The translations under genes and the position numbers were made by a program. 64,000 bases of DNA from Macrostomum hystrix (lineage: Eukaryota > Animalia > Platyhelminthes). Shown piece by piece: positions 24,649 to 38,500 of this stretch (its first letter is position 1; the number at the start of each line of letters is the position of its first letter). Where the stretch lies: assembly GCA_950097015.1 (NCBI GenBank), contig CATNEN010000039.1, positions 19,902,001-19,966,000 on the forward strand, written 5' to 3'. Below the pieces are notes generated by a model that did no database searches, was not told the origin of the DNA, and worked only from the letters and a program-made list of their open reading frames with translations.

Positions 24649-26518
24649 AAAAGCTTATACAATGCTTTAAGTGAAAAACTTTCAATTGATTAAACTTTCA
24701 ACAACAGCACAGAAGACATTATTGGTGACTAAAAGGTACGCAAGACACCTTTGATTAGTTCTCCGTAGTACGTAGTAAATATATAATAAGTACTCGTAAT
24801 TAAGAAAGGCTATAATTAGTATAGTACAACAGTACAGCCCGCGGGAATGTAGTGGAAGTACAATTAAGCCTGTTACTTTAGCATGTCTAGCTGTAACAAT
24901 ATTTTTTTAAAATTTAGTTACTTTTCCGTCATTGTACCGCCATTGGTTATTAAATTCAGATTTCCTAAAGTAAAAAAGTATTAAAACTAGCTACTTTTTT
25001 ATTATTCGACATTACGTAAATTATTATTAAACTAGCAAATTATGCTAAATGTTGCGAAAAAAACAGTTTCTAAACACTGCACTAGATTTATATATTTTTC
25101 TCATATTAAAATGTTTAATAAAACTATTAAAACTTTCATTTCGTTTCATTGCACAACATCATCGAACAGCTTAGTTTTTTGTTGATCTTCTGTAGAATCA
25201 TAAACTTTGCTTGTGCTGGTACGCGCAGCTGTAGCTTTGACGTGATTTTTCTAACTCTGTCGTAATTAATTTATTTTTAAATAAATAAAGTGCTCAAACA
25301 ATTTAATTTACGCTCTTACTAAAACAAAAAAGTTTTTTAGGTAATTTCATAAAAGATTCGCTGTGAAACTTTGTCTTCAGATAACTAAAAAACTGTTTTC
25401 TAATATTTTTCATTTGTTGTTCGATTTTATGCAAGCAGGCACTTTTATCGAAGTTTTTTTTAATTGGTGAAGCTGATGGTGTTGCACTTGACGATTACGT
25501 GAGTAGAAAGAGCTGATTAAATCGTAGTTTGACAATCAAAAGCTTCTGGTTAAGTAAGTTAGTAGCTACAAATATTATTCAACAATGTGAATTGAATTTA
25601 CACACTTATGACTCACATGATGTGAAGTCACATGCAGTATGAACACGCAAATTAAACATGAGCAATTTTGTGCTAAAGAAAAATAATCTATATGAGCGTG
25701 AGAAAACTTGGACCGGCAATTTTGTCAGTTCGTCAATGCATGGTCGCATAAAGTTGAGAGCGCATTAGTTTATATACTGTTACAACCCGAGGAATGCCAG
25801 ATACAGATGCAAGCGTAGGAGTACTCATACATATCAACCCGATGATCTCTAGAAACCAAAGCAATCAATACTGCGAATGGCAGTTTATGAGTTTATGTTT
25901 TAAATGTGCCTAAAACGTGTTAATTTCTTTCATGCAGAAGCCTTTTAAGAGATTTTTTCTGAATATCCGCTTTAGCTTTAACTATGAAAAAAATACACGG
26001 ACAGCGACGAGCTAAATAAAATATTTTTTTGCGTTGCATATTATATATAAGATATATATTTACTATTATAATTTTAAACATTAATAGAGAGATGACACTG
26101 TCGTTTAGTGTGCTTTTTACTCAGATTTGGTTTGTGAGTTTATTAATATTAACTAAAAATAATTTAAATTCATAGGTTTTCATGTTTTCGAAGAAAGCTG
26201 ATTCGGACCGCAAAGTTATAAGGATTAAAGTATTAACTCAAGTCTTAGTCTAACTAACAAAAACTTTATACCAGTAGCTTCCTGCTAGCTGTTACAGTTA
26301 AAATCATAGTAATAAGTTTTGTACGCGATTTTTTAAGTAACATTACTATTGTATTTTTACTGTATCTAAAGCGCACAGCTCAACAGCTTAGACATTAATA
26401 GAAAATATATAATTTTATCTAGCGTTTATTACATTTCTAAATATGAAATAGTGATTGTTAGAGTGCTAGTTTTGTGATAAATTATCGTTACTAAAAACTC
26501 ATAATAAATTGCTACGCA

Positions 26519-29500
26519 ATGGAAGAAACTAGCGCATTTGGTGTTGGTAGTTCTGTTGATGGATATAATAAGCAAAGCCAAAATGCTGGCGAAGACAACT
26601 CAGCTGAGGCACATAGTCAAAAAGAGCCACCTTATTCCATGCCTGGTGTGTTGCACTTTCTGCAAACTGAATGGTCAAAGGTTGAGATGGAGAGGTCTCA
26701 ATGGGAAGTTGAAAGAGCAGAATTACAGGTAAGTTTCTAAATGAAATAAATTCACTTTTCCTTTTTAAGCTTTATAGGCCTAAGCTAATATTTTGGGTAC
26801 AGATCAAATCGTCATATTCTAAAACGTCATATGATGATGATGACTTGCACAAAATTATCACAATGTTCAATTTAATATGATGATCTTGACTATTTGTATA
26901 GTCAAGTATTTGCAGATCTCATGCTCACTCCTGTTTCAAATCAAGTCAAACAATGACTTGGCTCTAAGAGCTGTGTGCCTGTTTATAAAACTCGCAGTGT
27001 GTACAGCAACTTGAACTGTAGTATCAGTGCACTTGTGCATGTGTACATCATGTAAATACTTGGCGTTTCTATGGAATGACAATACAATAGAAGGGCACAT
27101 TTAAGTTAGATGTACATAGCTACATGCTGAGCAAAAATCACATGTTATGTAATGTGCAATGTACTTTGAGTGGCTCAAATGACATTATTTTTGTCAAGCC
27201 AAGTGAGACAAGGCCAAAAATGTATGTTTCACTTTGCTTATGCTTTCAGCAAAGCTGTTTGCGGAGCCAATAAAATAACAATATGACAATTTTGTGCATG
27301 TCAAATTGTCCAATGCAGACAATATGATGATTTAGATAATGTTGTTATTTTTTACAACCGGCATATGAAAATTTTGGCCGGAGCCAATATTTTTAGGGCC
27401 TACTTGATGACATAGAGTACTAGCATACTTTAATATAAAGTATAGATATGCTTACTTCTTTGGTAGTTGTTATTTGTCCAGTTATAACTTAACTGGTCCA
27501 GTTAATCACTCAAGAGGAAAGCCTATCGAGGAGTTTAAATTGTGGTCCTCAGTTGACTTTGTAGAAGTATTTGAATGAGTCACTACAACTTCACGCTTCA
27601 AAGGAACTTAGGTTACTCTTTAGTTGGATAAAATTACAAATCAAACAGACATTAGTTAGATATAAACAATTTGGCTTAAAGGGAAGATCTCTTCCAACAT
27701 GCATAGTTTGGTGTCTTCTTTTTAATGCAGACATTTGGTATGAAATCTAAAATTAACAATAAAATCACTAACCGGACAAATAGTCAAACCTACTTCTTTA
27801 CAGACAATAATTGTTCTAAGGGGCCTAAGTTCAAGTTTTGATCAATATTGCTGTTTGTTTACCATAATTATTCTTAAGTTAGAATTAATGCCAACCATAC
27901 ATGCGCAACCTCCCAAATCTTAGCTGGCCTTGCGACTTAGTTTTTGCTCTCATTTGCGACTTAGTTCGTTTCATTGCTCTATTTACGACTTAGTTTGCTC
28001 TCATTTGCTCTCTTTTTCTCTCCCCTTTTTCCTTTTCTTCACGCCTTCCTTTTTTGTCCCTTGGTCCCCCCTTTGATTTTTTTGCGCTTGGTCGATTGGT
28101 TTTTGCGACTTACCTTGCTTGGCCCTCGTTTCACCCGGCCGGTTCGGCCGGCTCGGCTGGGTGTTGCGCATGTATGATGCCAACACATCATGTATAGTTC
28201 AAATTGGATAAAACTAGTCATGCCACATAATCTGTCTATGGTTAAGAGCATAGATTTTGAATTGGAGCTGACTATAGTCACTTTTTCTATGTCTAGAACC
28301 AATGTCAAAATCAAATTATTTTTTATATTTGAAAAACAACGTCCATTAAAAGTGAACAAGCAAAAAAGTAACAACAGTTTTTAGTAAGCTTTTAGTAAGA
28401 GTAAGCTCAGAACAAAATGGGCTCTGAGCACATTGGAGACAGAGAGAGACAGAGGCAAAGAAAAGCCAGCCATCACATTATAAACTTTCCCCTGGCCATA
28501 GAAAAGTGATGTCGCATAACTATCTTGCAACTCAATTCCAATTCCAACTCAAACTCTAGGTTTTGGCCTTAGACAGATGATGTAGTTTGACTAGTTTGAT
28601 CTTAATAATAATAATAATTGCAGGAGGGCTGTGGGTAATGACACAATTTGGTGACACTAGACCCACAGCCAGCGAGGAGGCAATTCTGCCCATTTCGCTG
28701 ACTCCTGAGCACACATGCACGCAGTATGCAGGCATATGCTCACACAGGTGTGTACATCTGCCCTGACTTTCTCATCGTCAGGCAGTGTACACTCTCACTG
28801 TGCCTTGGAGGTTGGCCCTCAAGGGCATAAATTGTACGACAAGCCCCCAAGCCTTCTCTCCGTGGCTGCCCCAAATAAATGTGGCCTCGCCGTGGAATCG
28901 AACTTAGGGACCATAGTGCGAGTGGCAAACGCGTTAACCACTCTGCCACTGACCCCCTAGTTTGATCTTATTCAGACTCTTTGTAATATGTATACACTGG
29001 TTCAAACAAAAAAATAATTACTCAAAAGAAAGCAAACTGCCATATTGCCAAGTTTAAAAAATGTTATAAATACTTATAGGCACCATTAACAAAGTGGGTT
29101 TGCTTTAGATTATTTTCATTGAATTATTATATATATAAGACTCACTAGGTCTTGTCTTGTGCTTTGAGCTTCTGTTAGTTCTGTGTACTAAGCTGGGTAG
29201 TTAGTAATGTAAACCAATAGTAGGCCTAACCTAGTAGCATGTAAAATGTTAGTGTGTGGTAAATACAATGCCAAGAAATTATTCAGTGTACTAGTTCAGA
29301 TGGATGGATGGATGGAAAACTGAATTTTCAAATTAAAATCTAACATTTTCAATTCTTCTTTAAAATCAAAATTAAAATATAAAATTTTGAAAAGTATAAC
29401 TATAGTATTCTTTAATATTTAATATTCTTTGTACTCCTCAAATATTAACTAAAATATAGTTTCTATAAAAAATTTGGTTTCAAAGAAAGTGGAGATAAGT

Positions 29501-32500
29501 TGTAATCTGAATTTGTTTAAAAACTATTATTAATCTAGAATAGTGAAAATATGAAATCAATAAATATAGTACATATCCTAAATAGACATCAATGAAGATT
29601 GGTCTTAGGTCCAGATTCTAATTTTTGTTTTATTGGCACTATTAACTTTGAATTAGAGCTTAAAATATGTACTAAACCTCTGGTAAGCTGCGTGAGTAAC
29701 TATGCACTAAATTATATATTGCAATACTTCGTCACCTAATTAGTATTATTTGTTTTTATTTAGGCTCGCATCGCTTTCCTGCAAGGCGAGCGCAAGGGTC
29801 AGGAGAATCTCAAACACGATCTTGTACGCCGCATCAAGATGCTGGAGTTCGCGTTGCGTCAGGAGCGCGCCAAATTTCATCGATTAAAATATGGCGCCGA
29901 GCCAGCGACTGGTGGCTCCGGCGCTGCTACAGCCACCGCCGACGACGTTACCGACGGGGGTGAGAGCGCCAATTCGCCGTCTTTGTCGCAATGCCAGAGC
30001 GTACTGGATCCAGAGGAGCTGCTGCGAGAGACCAGCGCCCAGACCGCGGCAACGAAAGCTAAGGCTAAGGATGGCAGACAGCTGATTAGGCAGTACCTGC
30101 AGGTGAGAATAATATCTAGGCATAAGTGTTTCGTGTCAAATCTAGTGCTCATAGGTCAGTAGTTCGAATCTCCAATGCCACTGGCTGTACATATTTTCAA
30201 ACTGTACAATTGGCCACCTTTCGGAGGTCGGGGGTTCGATTCCCGACTCGACTGGAGCAATTTTTGTCCTTTAGTAAGACACTTGACTCTGCATTGCTTC
30301 AGTTCACCCAGCTGTTCAATGGGGTAATTAATGGTAGGTGTGGCGTCCCACCAGTCCATGGACTGAACAGCTGTACCCAGCCTTCAGAAGCGCCTCGCCA
30401 TAGCTGCGGCTGTGCTGTAGGCTGCACATCTGGCCCAATTGGGGCAGGTGCAATCAAGTTTTATTTAAATTATTTTTTTTGTTCTAAATAGCTATTGATG
30501 ATTTTTAATTGCTAAAATTCAATAAAAAACCGCAGGAAATCGGTTTCGTGGACAGCATCCTGGATGCCAGGCAAGCCCGACTTCAACAACTCATTGGCGC
30601 CAGCGGTTCAACAGCCGCACCTGCCGCCACCTCTTCTGCGCTGGCTATCAGCGATTCTAATCAGCTGTTTCAGCAACAGCAGCAGCAGCAGCAGCAACAA
30701 CAGAGACCCCTGTCTCAGCAGCAACAACCACCGCCGCCGTCGCATCAGCAGCATCAGCCGACGCAGCAGATGGGGCAGCTAAATAAGCCACAACAGCAGC
30801 AGCAGCCGCGTGGTCGAACCATTCAAGAGCAGCTGTCCAGTCTGATTCCTGGTATCAACATTGCCGGCGAAGATGACGATGAAGAAGATGACGCTGAAGA
30901 GGAAGACGAGGAAGATGGCGGCGGCAGGCTTAGGAGAGGCGGCGGCAAGGCTCCCCTGTCGGAGGAGGAACAGGTGAGGGAAATGCCGGTTTAAATAAGA
31001 GTATTGACAGGTCTATTTAGGTAATAAACGGTTTTTAATGGGTAGTTCGCGGTATTGAAAAAAATATTTTAAGGTATCGACAGATTAACTGGTGGAATTG
31101 AGACTTTGATTCGGAATATAGACATTTTATTCAAGTTATTAAGAGGCAAATTGAAGATATTGACATGGTATTTGAAGATATTGACATGGTATTTGAAGAT
31201 ATTGACATGGTATTTGAAGATATTGAAAGGTTTATTGAATATATTGACAGGTTAATTGAAGACATTATCTCTAATAAACCCAGGTCATCGCCGAGTTCGA
31301 CTTCCTAGTAAATCAGCAGGACGCCGAAGATCCGTCGCTTTCGTCGACTGGTGGCGTCGAAGATTCGACAATCGGCGAAGCTGACGCAGCCGCCGACGAG
31401 TTAGTCGACGCCGAATGGAGCATGGACGATCGAACCAGATCCAAGGTCGAGGCCTTCAAGAAGGAGCGCATTCGCGGGCCCAAGAAGTCTGGTGGTGGCA
31501 GCGGCGGAGGCAGTGGCACTCGCGGCATGCTTGACGCCTTCCTGGACGAATTCGGCGGTCGCGACGGCGGCGATGAAGGCGTCACGGACGACATCGACTC
31601 CGGTGGAAAATTGTCGTCGTCGGCCGCGGCGGCGGCAGCAGTAGCCGCCTCTGAAGAGGAGGGCTTCCGCTCTGCTATGGGACTTAGTCTGGGCGACTTG
31701 CAGGTTCGAATGGATCTGGCTGTATTGGTATCTGGCTGTATTTGGGATTTGACTGTTTTGGGATCTGACTGAATTGGGCTCTGGTTGTATTGGGATCTGG
31801 TTGTATTGGGATCTGGTTGTATTGGAATCTGGCTGTATTGGGATCTGGCTGTATTGGGATCTGGCTGTATTTGGGATTTGGCTGTATTTGGAATTTGACC
31901 GTTTTGGGATCTGGCTGTATTGGAATCTGGCTGCATTTGGGATCTGGCTGTATTGGGATCTGGCTGTATTTGGGATCTGGCTGTATTTGGGATCTGGCTG
32001 TATACTATACATGCGTGTATGCCGCCACTGTATAGGGATCTGGTTCTGGTTGTATTTAGGATCTGTTTGTATTTGGGAAATGGATGTTTAAGTAATGGGA
32101 TCTGGATGTTTGATTAGTGGGATCTGGATCGGATTGGCTAACTCGCACCCTTACCCCTCAGGATATCACTGTCGCCAACGAACGCGACTACGACGATGAC
32201 GTTGGCACCGGCGCTGATTCCTCGCGGCGGACATGGACAGCCAAGTTCAGCTTGCGCTCCCATCTGGATGGCGTTAGAGCTGTGGCCTTTCATCCAACAG
32301 ATTCAGCCCTGTTTACCGCCTCCGAGGACGGCACTCTAAAGCTGTGGAATCTGGCGGGCAAGGCTGCTGCTCTGCACCAGGTTTGAACGCAATCCAGTTC
32401 TATCATTATTGCAAACACAAACCGACTCAAGTGAATGCTAGCTATTTCTCACCATGAATAATTCAAACCTTCACTTATTCACACCCTGACTCATTCACAC

Positions 32501-35500
32501 CCTGACTCATTTATACCAAGAGTCATTTATACCAAGAGTCATTCACACCCTGACTCATTCACACCCTGACTCATTCACACCCTGACTTATTCACACCCTG
32601 ACTAATTTATACCAAGAGTCATTCACACCCTGACTCATTCACACCCTGACTCATTCACACCCTGACTCATTCACACCCTGACTCATTCACACCCTGACTC
32701 ATTCACACCCTGACTCATTCACACACTGACATATTCACACCCTGACTCATTCACACCCTGACTCATTCATACCCTGACTCATTCACACCCTGACTCATTC
32801 ACACCCTGACTTATTCACACCCTGACTAATTTATACCAAGAGTCATTCACACCCTGACTCATTCACACCCTGACTCATTCACACCCTGACTCATTCACAC
32901 CCTGACTCATTCACACCCTGACTCATTCACACCCTGACTCATTCACACCCTGACTCATTCATACTCTGACTCATTCACACCATGGCTGATTAATTCACTT
33001 TTTAACCCCCGAAATCAGGACGCCGGATCGCCAAACTCCACCGATGGCAAACGCGTCGTTGGTGGCGCCTCGACTGTGTCAGTAGCCGCCGGTCCCCAGG
33101 TGGAACTGGAGCCCGTACACACCTATCGAGGTCACGCCGGCCCAATTCTAGCCGTTTGCGTCTCGCCAGACGGCTCCGTTGCCTGCACTGGCGGACTGGA
33201 CGGCTGCGTCAGGGTCTGGAGACTGCCGCCTACCCTAGCCGGTTTGGACCAGTACGATGCCTACGATTCTAGCCTGGTTGGCGAAGCTCTGGAAGGTCAC
33301 CAGGACGCTGTCTGGGGCCTGGCTGCCACTGGCTCGGTATTAAAATTTTATAAATCTTCTATCTTACCTAAATCAATATATGAATCCCTGCAAAAATCTC
33401 CATCCTACATCAATCTGTATCCTCATCAATCTCTATCCTCATCAATCTCTATCCTATATCAATCTCTCTCCCACATCAATCTCTCTCCCACATTAATCTC
33501 TCTCCTCATCAATCTCTATCCTCATCAATCTCTATCCTACATCAATCTCTCTCCCACATCAATCTCTATCCTACATCAATCTCTCTCCCACATCAATCTC
33601 TATCCTAGTTCAATCTCTATCCTACATCAATCTCTATCCTTCATCAATCTCTATCCTCATCAATCTCTATCCTCATCAATCTCTATCCTAGTTTAATCTC
33701 TATCCTACATCAATCTTTATCCTAGATCAATCTCTATCCTACGTCAATCTCTATCCTTCATCAATCTCTATCCTCATCAATCTCTATCCTACATCAATCT
33801 CTATCCTAGATCAATCTCTATCCTAGATCAATCTCTATCCTCATCAATCTCTATCATAGTTCAATCTCTATCCTCATCAATCTCAATCCTACATCAATAT
33901 CTATCCTACATCAATTGCTATCCTAGATCAATCTCTATCCTCATCAATCTCTATCCTACATCAATATCTATCCTACATCAATTGCTATCCTAGATCAATC
34001 TCTATCCTCATCAATCTCTATCCTCATAAATCTCTATCCTCATAAATCTCTATCCTCATCAATCTCTATTCTACATCAATCTCTCTCCCACATCAATCTC
34101 TCTCCCACATCAATCTCTCTCCCACATCAATCTCTATCCTCATCAATCTCTATCCTCATAAATCTCTATCCTCATCAATCTCTATTCTACATCAATCTCT
34201 CTCCCACATCAATCTCTCTCCTCATAAATATCTATCCTACATCAATCTCTATCCTAGATCAATCTCTATCCTACATCAATCTCTATCCTAGATCAATCTC
34301 TATCCTCATCAATCTCTATCATAGTTCAATCTCTATCCTACATCAATCGCTATCGTCATCAATCGCTATCCTAGATCAATCTCTATTCTCATCAATCTCA
34401 ATCCTACATCAATATCTATCCTACATCAATCTCTATCCTACATCAATATCTATCCTACATCAATCTCTATCCTCATCAATCTCAATCCTACATCAATATC
34501 TATCCTACATCAATTGCTATCCTAGATCAATCTCTATCCTCATCAATCTCTATCCTCATAAATCTCTATCCTTATCAATCTCTATTCTACATCAATCTCT
34601 CTCCCACATCAATCTCTCTCCTCATAAATATCTATCCTACATCAATCTCTATCCTACATCAATCTCTCTCCTCATCAATCTCAATCCTACATCAATCTTT
34701 ATCCCACATCAATCTCTCTCCCACATCAATCTCTCTCCTCATCAATATCTATCCTACATCAATCTCTATCATCTCTATCCTACATCAATCTCTCTCCCAC
34801 ATCAATCTCTATCCTCATCAATCTCAATCCTACATCAATATCTATCCTACATCAATTGCTATCCTAGATCAATCTCTATCCTCATCAATCTCTATCCTAG
34901 ATCAATCTCTATCCTCATCAATCTCTATCGTAGATCAATCTCTATCCTCATCAATCTCTCTCCCACATCAATCTCTCCCACATCAATCTCTATCCTCATC
35001 AATCTCAATCCTACATCAATATCTATCCTACATCAATTGCTATCCTAGATCAATCTCTATCCTCATCAATCTCTATCCTACATCAATCTCTATGCACATC
35101 AATCTCTCTCCCACATCAATCTCTCTCCTACATCAATCTCTCTCCTCATCAATCTCTCTCCCACATCAATCTCTCTCCTACATCAATCTCTCTCCTCAGC
35201 AATATCTATCCTACATCAATCTCTCTCCCACATCAATCTCTCTCCCTCATCAATCTCTCTCCACATCAATCTCTCTCCTACATCAATCTCTATCCTACAT
35301 CAATCTCTCTCCCACATCAATCTCTCTCCTCATCAATCTCTATCCTACATCAATCTCTATCCTCATCAATCTCTATCCTAGTTTAATCTCTATCCTACAT
35401 CAATCTCTATCCTACATCAATCTCTATCCTAGATCAATCTCTCTCCCACATCAATCTCCCAATCACACATCAATCTCTCCCAATCCCTGATCAATCATTT

Positions 35501-38500
35501 CGCAGGACACGCTATTCTCTGTTAGCCCCGATTCCACATTACGCGCCTGGCGCATCAGTCGCCATGGCCACGCCGATGCCGCCGAGGACTTCGTTCCGCT
35601 GCTTCGCACCGTCCAATTGAACGGGCTGCCAACAGCCCTGACAGTCGTCCCAGCCGATCCGGGCAAGCTCCTGGTTGCTATGAAAACAACAGCTGATTCC
35701 GATGGCACTGCCTCCAGCCTGCTGTTAGTGGATGCCGAGACAGGACAGACTGTCATGCAGATGCAAGCCAACGACCTGACCGGTTCGCCCACGCGTGTGG
35801 TTGCTCATCCCACTCAGGTGAGTAATTTTGGGAGATTTTCCCACTAGAGTCTAGCCTCTACTAGCAGTAGGACTATTGAGCCATTTTTCCGCTCGCTTTT
35901 ATATCAAGGGGAGAATTTCCCTATGAAATTTATAATATTCGCGTCAGGGTGTCCATAGCGGCCTAGTTCCACCTATTGTAGCCCTTGAAGGTCCAGCAAA
36001 TCCATCTAGATAAAAGTAGGTGACCACCGAAGAGTCGCAGTGCTAATTCGTGTATAGGGGTGTATGAAATGCACTAGCGCTTATCGGAACAATCAGACAT
36101 TCGGCCCAAGCCATTGAATATTTCGACGTTCTAAAGAGCTGGCGACATGATTCTTGTTTCAGAAGATGCGCAACAAAAAGTTGGCCCGTGTTCTTGAGTT
36201 TCGTGTGCTTGCGTTGCTCCGTTCGGGTGCAGCACGAAAAATTGTCAAGGGGGATTCTCCTCTTGGTAGTTCTACTGCTAGTTCCTACTGTCTCATACCT
36301 ATCGATTCCCACTGTCTCATACCTATCGATTCCCACTGTCTCATACCTATCAATTCCCACTGTCTCATACCTATCAACTCCCACTGTCTCATACCTATCG
36401 ATTCCCACTGTCTCATACCTATCAACTCCCACTGTCTCATACCTATCAATTCCCACTGTCTCATACCTATCGATTCCCACTGTCTCATACCTATCAACTC
36501 CCACTGTCTCATACCTATCAACTCCCACTGTCTCATACCTATCGATTCCCACTGTCTCATACCTATCAACTCCCACTGTGTCATACCTATCAACTCCCAC
36601 TGTCTCATACCTATCAATTCCCACTGTGTCATACCTATCAACTCCCACTGTCTCATACCTATCAACTCCCACTGTCTCATACCTATCGATTCCCACTGTC
36701 TCATACCTATCAACTCCCACTGTGTCATACCTATCAACTCCCACTGTCTCATACCTATCAATTCCCACTGTGTCATACCTATCAACTCCCACTGTCTCAT
36801 ACCTATCAACTCCCACTGTGTCATACCTATCAACTCCCACTGTCTCATACCTATCAATTCCCACTGTGTCATACCTATCAACTCCCACTGTCTCATACCT
36901 ATCAATTCCCACTGTCTCATACCTATCAACTCCCACTGTCTCATACCTATCAATTCCCACTGTGTCATACCTATCGATTCCCACTGTCTCATACCTATCA
37001 ATTCCCACTGTGTCATACCTATCAACTCCCACTGTCTCATACCTATCGATTCCCACTGTCTCATACCTATCAATTCCCACTGTGTCATACCTATCAACTC
37101 CCACTGTCTCATACCTATCAACTCCCACTGTCTCATACCTATCAACTCCCACTGTCTCATACCTATCAACTCCCACTGTCTCATACCTATCAACTCCCAC
37201 TGTCTCATACCTATCAACTCCCACTGTCTCATACCTATCAACTCCCACTGTCTCATACCTATCAACTCCCACTGTCTCATACCTATCAATTCCCACTGTC
37301 TCATACCTATCAACTCCCACTGTCTCATACCTATCAACTCCCACTGTCTCATACCTATCAACTCCCACTGTCTCATACCTATCAACTCCCACTGTCTCAT
37401 ACCTATCAATTCCCACTGTCTCATACCTATCAACTCCCACTGTCTCATACCTATCAATTCCCACTGTCTCATACCTATCAACTCCCACTGTCTCATACCT
37501 ATCAATTCCCACTGTCTCATACCTATCAATTCCCACTGTCTCATACCTATCAATTCCCACTGTCTCATACCTATCAACTCCCACTGTCTCATACCTATCA
37601 ATTCCCACTTTCTCATACCTATCAACTCCCACTGTCTCATACCTATCAATTCCCACTGTGTCATACCTATCAATTCCCACTGTGTCATACCTATCAATTC
37701 CCACTGTGTCATACCTATCAACTCCCACTGTCTCATACCTATCAATTCCCACTGTGTCATACCTATCAATTCCCACTGTCTCATACCTATCAACTCCCAC
37801 TGTCTCATACCTATCAATTCCCACTGTCTCATACCTATCAAATCCCACTGTCTCATACCTATCAATTCCCACTGTCTCATACCTATCGATTCCCACTGTC
37901 TCATACCTATCAATTCCCACTGTGTCATACCTATCAACTCCCACTGTCTCATACCTATCAACTCCCACTGTCTCATACCTATCAACTCCCACTGTCTCAT
38001 ACCTATCAACTCCCACTGTCTCATACCTATCAACTCCCACTGTCTCATACCTATCAATTCCCACTGTCTCATACCTATCAACTCCCACTGTCTCATACCT
38101 ATCATTTCCCACTGTCTCATACCTATCAACTCCCACTGTCTCATACCTATCAATTCCCACTTTCTCATACCTATCAACTCCCACTGTCTCATACCTATCA
38201 ATTCCCACTGTGTCATACCTATCAATTCCCAATGTCTCATGCCTATCAACTCCTACTGTCTCATACCTATCAATTCCCACTGTGTGATCAATGTTATATC
38301 TTATATCTGAATTTTTCCTAATTCATTTCAAACCAAGCGCATTACTTGTGAGTAGCACAATAAGTATTTATTGCGCAAATTTTTCTACAAATTTTCTTTG
38401 CTTTTGTTCCAGCCCACAGCCATAGCCGGCTACACTGATCGCTGCATTCGCTGCTTCGATTACACCAGCGGAGAGATAACTCACAGCATGGTGGCTCACC

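Noticed and set aside
26776-27402. Possible MITE with TAGGCC(C)TAA...AATATT inverted ends
   Set aside because: The inverted match is short and imperfect, and no target-site duplication is visible.
28660-28795. Complete hammerhead or HDV ribozyme in SINE A
   Set aside because: Hammerhead stems II and III are missing, and no HDV P1/P1.1 pairing could be built; kept only as a lead in the findings.
36043-38310. 650-750 aa ORFs in four frames
   Set aside because: Translations of a 24-bp satellite inside striatin intron 7.
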